Positions 13,001 through 24,200 of a DNA stretch of 64,000 nt are shown here, piece by piece (within the stretch, counting starts at the first letter, position 1; every line of letters begins with the position of its first letter). The DNA comes from Takakia lepidozioides (lineage: Eukaryota; Plantae; Bryophyta). The notes beneath the pieces are model-generated. The model ran no database searches, was not told the origin of the DNA, and saw only the letters and a list, made by a program, of their open reading frames with translations. The DNA lies in the NCBI GenBank assembly GCA_030704615.1, contig CM060731.1, positions 25,916,001 to 25,980,000 on the forward strand, read 5' to 3'. The translations under genes were made by a program, and so were the position numbers.

Positions 13001-13997
13001 CAGAGTGACGACTATTTGCCATGTCAATATGGGCTCTGAAAGTAACTGAGAATAAGCTCAGAGCAGTGTGACTTGAGTAGAATTGGGGGAAAGAGAAATG
13101 AAAGAACGAGAGAGAATCAGAGAAAGAGAGCTTGACCCTGTCAGGATGTATTGCTTACTGTTGACATTTAGTTCAAATTTCAGGATGGTGGGATATTATC
13201 TGGGTCCTCATCCGCTTGCCTGGCAAGTGGTGGCTAAAAAAGAAGGATGTCCCTGACCACCTATCCAAGGGTAGACATATTCAAAGCCCACTTGCAGGAC
13301 GAGCCGGACTTTGTTGTAGGGCATTTCTTTCCGTGAGATGGCCACTGTGTTTGGTGTCAATGGCCCAAACCACAAAGTAGGTAAATTTGACAATGGATCA
13401 CCCGCGAATCTGAACCCAGCACTTGGAATGTCGCTCCAGTGCCTGCTCTCTCGAAAATCCGTACGAATGCAAAACGCGCCATTCCAGAGAAATATTGTAC
13501 GAATTGACAGTTCCAGTAACTATAGTCCCTCTGGATTCTAGTCCTCCTAGGGTTTAACACACTCAGGTATGAAAATCATCCCCAGTGTATCGATGCGCTG
13601 GTGAACATTCTCCAGGGATCCAAATAAGATAATTCACTGTGGTTCAAATGCTCGCATGACATCATACCGAAAAGAATGAAATTTGTCGGACGCGCATGTG
13701 ACACATTGGGAGATTACTGGCAGTATAGTCACGACACTATATTTCAATTCCGAAAAAGAATAAAAGCATGGACCAAATCCGAACGATACTGCTGATGAGA
13801 CAAGGAGACGCAATTTCAACGCAAACCCACACCGCACCAAAAACAAATAGCCCAAATTACGTTCAAACAATACAAATAAGATAACAGCTCAAAATCCCGG
13901 CGAAGGACAGTGTTTTCAAGAGCAAACACAGGACAGTACAGAAAGACCAGGGGAGATGTCTTACAAGTTCCTTGAGATAGAACACTTCACAATTCAT
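10029..13997 (-). CDS. ATG101: Autophagy-related protein 101 (HORMA domain), 219 aa; complement(join(10029..10104,10498..10663,10902..11067,11477..11572,12116..12201,12663..12699,13965..13997))
   Basis: Spliced translation MNCEVFYLKEL|EVDHYQIREVLR|CILHTIMFNRALGLVRPRDIDSELFEITY|VQCGDEAIEKKIEEK...KKSQ|VCLSFYETRNKQ...YWEQW...|...VNEKKDHIPP...FPFEIAIP|SSSDSSFGMDMFKRMLQTGPPTMLS* is colinear with plant ATG101; all introns GT-AG and in phase; total 660 nt. Confidence 0.96.
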
Positions 13998-15204
13998 GGC
14001 AACTTGAAATATTTCTCAACCCCCACACCCTGCTTCCTTCCCAACAAGACGACGGTTGCGTCCAGAGAACGAAAATGAGGAAACCCGAAGAAGAAGAAGA
14101 GTAACTGAGGAGAAGGGACTCACATAACCATCGAGGGGTTTTTGTCGAGGCCAGCATCCACCGGTACCAGCCAGTCACCATCTTCTTCTCACCCTTTTCC
14201 AAACCGGGCAATCCCGGTGAAACTAACGGGCTACCGGCTTTGCTGGTCGCGTCGAAAACTTTTTGAAGTGCTGCTTGCTTCATTCGTCAACAGGACCATC
14301 CGGTTCATCCAGTTTTAGCGGCAAACATTCATCCGTATCAGGTGGTCATCTCTCCCGCCCTAATTCATACGTATCGCCATAGCTGAGATGCTGAAGCTTT
14401 CCGCGTTGAACTTTCCAGCTCTGGATTTATCACACAAGGACGGATTTGATACTGCATAATATATTATGCAGAGACGCAGTATCATATATATTTTGGAAGA
14501 ATTTTCTTCGAGATTCAGAAATGATGTTTGAAGTGAGTTTGATTTCTGATGTATGCAAGAACAGAGAGAAAGAGAGAGAAAAACTTAGGTCCCTGTCGTA
14601 GGTGGGAGGAATTTTCAAGATTACCTCTACCATAGTTGTGGACCTAATAGCTGATGGAAATTGCACGATACAAGGAAAAGAAAAGACAGCAACGAGGAAA
14701 AGGGACAGAAGGAGCAAGCAATAGGCAGCAGAGCGGGCGCTTTCACCTGATACCAATTACCCTGACAAGAGGGATTGCGACATTTTTCAGAATTCATACG
14801 CTTGCCGGACTTCCACAAGTTGGACGGTGTGAAGTTTCTTGTTTCAAACGCACCGTGGATGGTGATTGAGCAAAGAATGGGGCTTGTAATGAAAATTTTC
14901 CAGTGGACACTGAGGAATATTTGAGTTCAACCGATTAGGTGTGGCAGTTGAGCTGATTTATAGATGCTAGGACAGGGTAATGATAATTTTTGCGGGAATG
15001 GCATACTGCATTTGAGACGGGAAATTCACGAGGCGGCTCTACTGCTCACAGAGATCAGAGTGCAGTCAGGACTGGAATCTGGCAAAGTACAAACAATGTT
15101 TTCTATTTGTGTGACGGCAGAAATGAGCACAATACACATGTCGCTTACTTGTTTCGCAGAGTGTTTAGGAGGATAAGATCTTAGCAACCAACAACTGAGA
15201 AGCT
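13998..15204. promoter_or_regulatory. Putative bidirectional promoter and 5'UTRs between ATG101 and GCP6
   Basis: Divergent start codons about 1.2 kb apart with no TE signature between them. Confidence 0.55.
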
Positions 15205-18200
15205 ATGGAGACAGAGGATAGAAACTACCGGCTACGGCTGGGGTTTCCTGAACTCTCGCAGCCATACCTGGGAAACTGGCTGACCCCAATCAACAGGGGA
15301 CAATCGCTCTCCATTCTCGGTGATGGGGTCGCTGCTGGAATGGATCAGCTTTTCCTTGGAAATTGGATATCAGGCGGTGACAAGAGCGTCTCACACACTT
15401 TTACTGGAGCGCCAGTAACCTTCTCCAGTGCCAGTCACTTTGTAAAGAGTAATGGCAGCAGTAAGAGCGATTTCTATATGGGGCAGAATCCAATACTCCA
15501 CGAGGGCACCGAGCAGAATGGCTTCGCAAATCTCAGGTATTTTCAACGAATTCATACTCTTTTTTTATCCTCATGATGGAATCCATTTGTTGCTTTCACC
15601 CCAGGGGATTTCATGTACAGTTATGAATCTCTTATGCACGATCTTCGGAAAATCAAACTTGTAGACTAAATTGGCTTCAGAAGTAACATGGTATAAGCCA
15701 ACCCCAGAACAAACCCCTTATTTCTGGACCTCTTAAAGGAATCCTCAGCTGTGCACAGACTGGCCTAAAGATCCAGTTCTGTATCTGTACCTGTACCTGA
15801 TGAAGAAGACCTCAAGTCCAATCAATGTTAGTTGATGCGTCCTGGGCACAACATTGGCTTCCTACCTTGCCAGGGGGTTCGCTGCAAAGCCTGAAAATTT
15901 AAACCTGGTTAGCAGAAGTCTGGCCTGATTAGAATTTCAGTCTTAAAGACCAGATTGTCATATACACACACTCAAATCCATGACTGGCAAGTTGAAATTT
16001 GCAAATGTTTTTGCAGCACTGTACCTGCCTCAATGTAACGAACATGTGGCTCATGCAGCTTGTCACACTGCCATTCATACCGATCACAGAACAGACAGAA
16101 TACTCGCCCTGCCTAGCACAGATCAGATGAAAGGAGCAGCATTAATACTGTATGAACCAGGGAGAAATGAAATGATATTTTATAGAAATGAAATGAAATG
16201 GTACTTTATAACATCCGTGAAAAGCTCAAAGAGCTTATGGGACAAAATGGAACAAAAACAAGAGAGAGGAGACAAAACCAATGTCAAAAACCAGCCCAAA
16301 AGCAACTACTGCTCAAGGGATTGCCTAAGGGTCAAGGCCTCGTGCAGGTAAGCTGCCAAGCATTTCTGATCCTCATAATGGAAGACTTCAGTGACAGATT
16401 GAGTCCCACGGAATAGACAGTGGAATCTCCAATGGATCTCATGGTACGGAGGGCAATGAAAGAAGAAGTGTTCTTCAGTTTCAATTCTGGTTGTGCCCGG
16501 TGCAAGTTGGGCATAGGCCGTCCTCCCATTGCAGGTTTTCCCATCTGCCAGTCTATCCCTAGATTGTGGGAGCCCACCCTGAACCGCCCTAGTGCCCTCA
16601 GGTGGGAAGGAGATAAAGGCGCTGATAGAAAGAAAGCATTTGCAAAACTGCATCCAGTTCTGGATTTTCAAAGAGCTGAAGGGATAAAGAAATAGGAAAA
16701 TAAGGATATAATAGTGGGGTCCCCAACAACCAGAGAGAAAGTTGAGACAGAAAGAAAGTATGCCCATGGGAGGCAGAGGACCTGTGGGACACAATAAAAG
16801 TGCAAGAGGAGAAAGAGAGAGACACTTATTTGTTTGCAGAAAGCCCACATAGCCATGGAACTTGGTAGAACCAGAAGGGGGAACTAGACAGTGAGTTAAA
16901 AAACTCAAATGTTTCTTAGATGCAGAATGCTTCATGAAGGTAAGCTGCTAAACCTTCACATGGCAATCTCTGAAGGAAGAAGACAGGAAGAAAGAAAAAA
17001 GGATGGAGAGAAACATCTTATCTAGCCTATGGTTTTTCTCCAGAGGGATGTAACCCTGCGTCACTGTCCAGGTTTTCTCAGCAGTATTCAAAAGCAGGAG
17101 ATGGTGAAAGCCTCTCTGATCCAAAGGACACGGGAGAGGAGGTGGCCTCAGCAGAAAAGAAATTTCTGTCTGATTTGTGGCTACAGGTTGGGAGGATGCC
17201 AGCTCAGCGTCCAAGGTTGCGGCAGTGGGAGCTTTGCCATGAGCTGGAAGGCATGCTGCAAGAGATGCTATTGCCTGAAGTTGTGGACAAGATTCAGCTC
17301 GGAAGAAGGATATGGCAGAATGGAGCACTTCTTTCAGATATGACTGGTTTTGACCAGGATTCGAGCTTCTGTTCTCAATCAAACTCAAGAAACATTATGG
17401 TGAGTTCCATTATTCGAAATGGTTGAAATTTACTTGTTTCTATTAAATCTGACCCACGACAGCACCTTGAAAGAAAGTACGATCGTAAAAGAAGAAGCTT
17501 TACATCAACAGAGTGATTCTACCAATAACCCTGCAAGGAGGCTGAGTTTTGGTAATTGATTCCACCATATTACTGAAGAATATTTATATGGATGTCTACA
17601 ATTAAGATATTCCTTGGGACTTCGAAGATACATGGCAACAAATTAGCTCAATCTAGGATGGTTCAAAGTGTTGATTATCTGAGTCATGGGACTATCTACC
17701 TGTTCGACTTGCAAAGTCTTCCTGTTATGGTATCTTGCTGTCATCATTCATGATGTCTATGACCTTGTGTGTAAGTTTCTTGACTTTCTGCAATAGGATC
17801 TTCTGTTCTGGTTAGTTCATTTGATTGGGTCTGGAATCTTCAATAAAAGGGCTCTAAACTGGCCACCACTAGTAACATTAGTCAACGGATGGATTCACTT
17901 TGGTTTTGAAGTCCGCTATTTTATCCTGGAGTGTCCCCTTGACTCTGGTTGTATTTCTATGTTTCTCTACCTTGCTGCACGTTTGACTTTCATAGTTCTA
18001 AAGGCTCGTTTCATTTTAGGAACTTGATCTGGTGAGGGATGCTCTCTATGCTCTGCAAGGCATCCCGACAGCTGTTACTCGATTGGAGCAGCTTTCTGCC
18101 ATTTTCTCTGGTACAGCGGCGGACCGAAGCTCCCACAACCTTCGGACGCTGTGGTTGCGGTCTTCGAGTATGACTGCTCTAGGAAAAGTTCTTGCAGAGT

Positions 18201-21200
18201 TTGCTAGGGCAGGGCGCCTGGCATGCCAACTTGAGGCATTTGTCACCTTCTTTCTGGATGCTGATAACAGGGAAAAAGCTGCTTTGTCACTGAGGGCTGA
18301 TGGGAGGCGGGGATTGCAAGGATCGAAGAGAAGGAAGAGAAAGCGACGCAACTCCAAGTCCAGTTTGGGAATGCCTGAGATTGAGAATCAGCTGGGTACG
18401 ATTTCAGAAACTCAAGAAAATCGAGGACTGGGGTCAGGAGTGTCACCTCACTGTCTTGTGAATCAAGCTTTTGCAGCAGCAGTGAGGACCATCATACAGG
18501 GGAAAGTGGCCGCACTCAACACACTGGGGGCTTCTGTCTCTCATCGCAGGCAGACTGAAGATGTTGGGGTAGCTGACAGCCATTTTATGCAGATGCCAGA
18601 TGAGTTGCTGGAGAAGGATCCGGGCTTGGTGATTGGCTTTGGATGTGGGGACATTACCCTCCTGGAGTTGTACTTGCACACTCACAGACTAAGAGAGCAA
18701 TTGCAGGCCCTCGCAGCTGTGTGCATGATTCAAGAAAGAGCTTTCTCTGATAGCAATGATGGTAATTGGTTGAGGTCGAAGAACATGGCAGAGAATGAGG
18801 GTGAAGGTGGAAGAGGGATTGGGTTTGGGAAGGGGTCAGTGTCAACAACTGGTGGTAGATTTTCTGCAGTTGGCAGCAAATTTGAAGCTTTTCCAAGAGG
18901 AGCAGAGTTGCTGACTTACCTGTACAACAAGTTGTCGGTAAGTTGTTTAAGGCTCTTAGTGAGACTAGTGAAGCATGGTAGGTTTCAAATGATGTGGTTG
19001 TGATGATGGGATGACCTGGAAGTGGCAGCGTCAGTTGTAATAGTAATCTTCTCACTAATGAGACATACTGGTACTCCAAGTCAAGTATTAGTAGGGAGAC
19101 ATGCTCTGAGCAGCTGTCCGTCCTGTGGTATTGACTTAGCCCGGCATGACACATGCACTCTATGGCGATTGAAGTCTTGCTCATGAAGGTTTTATCTGCA
19201 GACCTTGCAAACTCATAATCTCTGAAGTGCCCTTGACATCCAGAGCACAATTGCTGCGATCCAAAATGTCAGTCACCCGTTTGGAATAATTAAATTGGAT
19301 CCACCAGCCTCACTCCATTTCTCAATCTCAGCCGATAGGATCTTTGCATTCTCTAACAGCCTTCTAGGGTTGTGTTCCAGTGGCCAAACACGGTAAGTGC
19401 TCACAATATTTGGTTTCACCTGAAGTGTCCTCAACGATGCCAACTTGGCAGAAGACTTGGTTATCAATACTTCATCTCTTAGTTAGTAATCAACAACTTC
19501 AGGCTCTCCTGATAGTAAGGGCACGATTGGTTTTGCTTGCAGGAGGCAGACCCTCTCCATCTGGAGCTGCTACGCTTTTTGTTTGAGCGTGCATGTCAAC
19601 CTTACACAGGCTTTATTCGGTTGTGGCTCTATCATGCCACTGTACAGGATCCATACCAGGAGTTCATTGTGAAACCTTCCCATGGCATTGGCTTACAACC
19701 TTCCTCCTCCAGTACTCTTGGGAAAATTGTTGACCAAGCTGCTCTGTCAAGCTTCCAGGTATGTCCGTAGGTGGCTGCCATGGTTGCAGAAAGAGGAAGT
19801 CAGACCATTGCTGAAATAAACTGGCAGATTGATCATTGCTGTAGCACATTTTACCTTGGCAAGTACAGTTATGTAGTTTATTGACTGCATATGCAGGTCC
19901 GCCAAGGGGTCTCAGTTCCAAGTTTCCTGGAAGATGTCTGCAATCCACTTCTTCGGGCTGGCCAGCAACTTCAGGTGCTGTTAAAACTGCTTGAAACTCG
20001 ACAGTTTGCCCCCCATGTGGCCAACTTCCCTATAGCACCTACGAATGGGTCACAAGGATCCCCTTCAAATATTGGGTCAGACTTTCTAAATGATGAGAGC
20101 TCCGTGCCAGCTCCAGTACTTCATTTCAACAAGCACAAACTCCAAAGATGTGTGCAGCAAAGGGAAAAACGAAGTCAAATCATGAAGAAGCGGTTTGATC
20201 GCTTGTTTGCCCAACTAGCCAGCTCGCATATGCCAGAGAAAGATGAAGGTGGGAGGCTTCAAACGGAGCAGGAACTTGTAAGTTCTTCTTTTCTTTAAGA
20301 ATTCAAAACATTGGTTTGGCATGACAAGCTTTGGCTTATTCGAAGAATCGTTGATGTAGTCAACATTGTGCTTGGAGCAGGTCACTAGGTGCTTGAAGCT
20401 CTTTTTGGAGATTTCTGCTTGGACAACAGCAGTGAGCAAATGTTTAGCTGATGTTATAGAGTCTAACCCTGAAAGGAGGCAGTACCTGCAAGTATAAGAG
20501 GCTCTTATTTACGCTGGCTTCGGCGAGAGTCTTCTATCTTTAATCAATGTGCCCATGCACATTCTGGAACTTGCACAGATTCCACCTCTAGTGATCAACA
20601 GTCTTCGGCATAAAGTCAGAGAGGAATTGGCATCACCCAGGGGCACTATTCTGGAAAGACCACCCAAAGCCAAGTCACAACTGGCTGCTGTGAGTTTGTG
20701 AGTCCTGGCCCTGCCTTCACTAACCTCAGCTGCTGTACGATAGTTAACACACTACAGAAGGGTGGAAGAATAAGATGCTGAGAGAAAGAAAGAAATGAAC
20801 TTTATAACAAGAGAGTAATAGTGTTCGAATATGCTTACTTTCTGTAACAATCAATTAGTGTTGAGAAACTGAAAAGGGGCTGACAGAAGTTTATGATGGG
20901 GATGCATACTCCATAGTCCATTCTTGATTAGTGTTTCTATTATATACACCAAGACGACCTTCAAGAGACCCTTTGCCTAGTCAAAGCTGATTGTTGCTTT
21001 AAAGCACAAGATTGTGAAGATGCAGTTCAGAAGTTTTTCTAGAGTGGTCAATTCCAATCTTGTGTTTTCTTGCAGGTTAACAGCAAAATCAAGGGAGGAT
21101 CAGCCACGGACCAATGAAGAAGAAAGGGCAGTTCCCCACAAGGAACTTGAGGTCATTCAGCAAATTACTGAGCATTCTAGCATACCACCAGCTTCTAAGG

Positions 21201-24200
21201 AATTAAAGCCGAGGAAAACATGGCATTCAAACACTGATTTTCAGTTGTCTGAGCGCTTGGATTTCAAGGCCAAAACATCATTGATATCCGACTACCAAAG
21301 GGGCACAAGTTGGCCCATATGGGGGCTCCCAGCCAACCCCTTTCTTCTCTCCCTCAATAGGAATGATACTTCCTCTCATGCTTACACACATGCAGTTTTT
21401 CATTGGAAAGATCGCCACTGGGACATAGCGGTGCACTGGGGAGATCCAATGCGCATGTCTTCTTCTGGGGCCTTCGGCTTGGAGGGATTGGAGGAGAAAT
21501 ATGTGGGAAATCAGCGAGCTCCAATATGTAACCAGAGGGCAGTGGCAGTAGAGCCCGAATGGTTTACAAGCTTGGAGCAATCGTTTCAAGGCCAACTCTT
21601 TCGGGGATTGGATGAACAGATATTGCAGGAACAATTTTATAGTCTGGGAATTCAATTTGAAAGGGAGGAAAGAGTCCATTGGAGCTCTTACGATAGTGGC
21701 AGTCAAGCCTTGCAGAACAGCATTTGTATGGGAAGTTTTGACCCATCATTTGAAAGAAACACACGGAGAAGTTTACATCCACATCCAGGTAGGTTGTGCA
21801 ATCATCAACCTCCTGCCAAAAAATCTGCAAAGACATGAAGATAGTTTGTAGAGCAGTACAAATTTCAGTACATTGCTGAGTGATTTAACTCTAGTTCATT
21901 TACCCAACATCAATTGAACTTGTTTGTTTGATAGGAGGAGATGTGATGGAGATGGCCACTTTGGATGCGTTTGGAAACCCTTACTTTGTTGAGGAGGTTT
22001 TGTCACCACGGAAGCTAATAGAACCCAACTCATTGACCGCCAGTCAAGATAAATCAATTGCTGGTACGAACTTCGTCCAATCTAGAGAGCAACATGCCCA
22101 TCCATCTGCAGTGAATTTGCCCCAGACTGGCGGAAGTGGCATTTCTGGAATTTCACCTAAACAAAGAGTGGTACCTGGCACACCTTCCACCCAAAAAGAC
22201 TCACAATTGTTCTTCCACGGACAGGATGTTGCATCAGTGGATAATGAAAAGATAGAATCAACTGTGGAGACAGAAACGGTTGGTGCAGCTGAAAACGTAG
22301 AGCCTCCCTTAGTTGACTCACAACGCATTGGGACGGGTGCTACTTGGGAGACTTATCTTGGATTTGAGAGTGAGGTGCACCCGAGGAAGATATCTGAATC
22401 AGTATATGAAGCAGAATCATGTGAAGATGAGGAAGATAGCGATGAAGAGATCCCACTGGTGGTTGTGGTCGACAAATGTATAGTACAAGAAATCTTGTCG
22501 CAGTATCCTCATATGGATTTCTTTAAATATGAATAATCCAGGAAAGTCCTAATTCGTTGACATTGCAATCATTAGAGAGGATGAGATATTTCATTTGCTT
22601 ATTCAGGACTTGCTTTTTGTCTTTAAGAAGAAAAAGACAGAGGTGTGCTTACCTTCCGAATTAAATGTAATTTAAGAACCTTTGATCCTGTAATCTAAAC
22701 CACATATATGAAGTGATGAAGTAAGAGTGTCTTCTCTTAACCTGAACGTAGATATCAATGTGTCAGTATGTTCACAGTCCAGCTGTTGCAAGAGGGGCTA
22801 TGTCTCCAAGATCACTACACTGCATTGCGCCGCTACTATTTTATGGAAAGGGGCGATTGGGCAGAGTACTTTCTGACTGCCCTTTGTCAGCATGTGAGTT
22901 TGAGCTTTCCATCTAAGTGCAAGCCTTCTATATGTTCCATAGTTTCCACTTTCACAGTAAAATTATGAAACCTGGTACAGTATTTCAGGATGTGTTTGTA
23001 AGCAGTAAAAGTTTTTCCTTTTTGACAGACACTGTGGTTACAACCATGGATACCCCAGTGTGTCTGTATACTTGTTCCAACTTGTGCACCAATCTTTGTT
23101 GGCACTGCCATGGGCTGTCACGTAGTGTACCATCTTATTTCTGTAATTGAGCTCCACTTAGATCTAGGCGTCCCAGTTAGTGAAATATCAGTCCTTGTTA
23201 AGTTGACGCTGTGAGGGCTGAACCACACTGGTCCTCGACACAGATGGGAGATGGAATAGCAGTGAGTGATGTTGTAAGTCAATAACACACACTTTTGGTA
23301 GAGATGGGGTCCCTCAGGGGGCCAACCTCGACTACTAGAGGTGCAAGGTATGCTGGAGATGGCTCTGCAATGGTCTTCTTGTGAAGGAGATGAGTATGCA
23401 GAGAGACTACATGTGTTCATACAGAACACAAGTGAAACCAATCCCTCCTCGTTGTTGAGCTCAGTTCCTGGCTTTACTGGAAGATCCCGTGTTCTCGGCT
23501 CTCTTGTCAGTTGCAAGCGTAAGTTTGGTCTCAACTGGGGTTACCTGGGACACAGAGATCATCCTTTTTCTGTTTTTTCTCCCGAGTTTATGCAATCTTT
23601 TCCTTCTTATATCCAAAGCTCTTGGGGCTTCCTGTGGATTTTATGAATTTGGTTGTTCTTCTTTCTTTCTTTCTTTCTTGTCAGTTTCTCTTGTTGTTCT
23701 ACTTTGTCCTATGGCCATCTGAGCTCCCTGTGGATGTCTATAGTACTGTGAAGTGGTTGTACTCTGTCCCATGGGCCCTTGGGGCCCCATATGAGTGTTA
23801 TAAGGTTTCTTCATAAGCTCATCATTTCATTTCTAGTTTCCGGAATTTTGAAATAAAATGCTTTAGTTGTCGGCGAAACACATTCTTATTCTACTTGATT
23901 TTGCAGGGCTTGACGCATTTGACTTCATCAAGTTGGGCTACAAGGTGGAATGGCCTCTCAGTCTGGTCCTCACATCCAGTTCACTGAGTCTGTACAGCTC
24001 AATATTCTCCTTCTTGATGCGCACTAAGCTTACTGTGTATGCATTGGCCGAAATCTGGCGCTATCTTCAGGTTGGTGCTTGTTCCTCTAGCACAGCTTGC
24101 TTTCATTGGGTCAATACCACCTTTTGCTCAAATCAGTTCCCTCTTCAGTTGTTCTCTTTCTCATAAATGCGAGCAATATTAGCGGCAATTTGCTATTCAC

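Noticed and set aside
13280-13330. EMPYNKVRLVLQ as ATG101 exon 2
   Set aside because: A far better match (EVDHYQIREVLR) with correct splice sites lies at 12663-12699.
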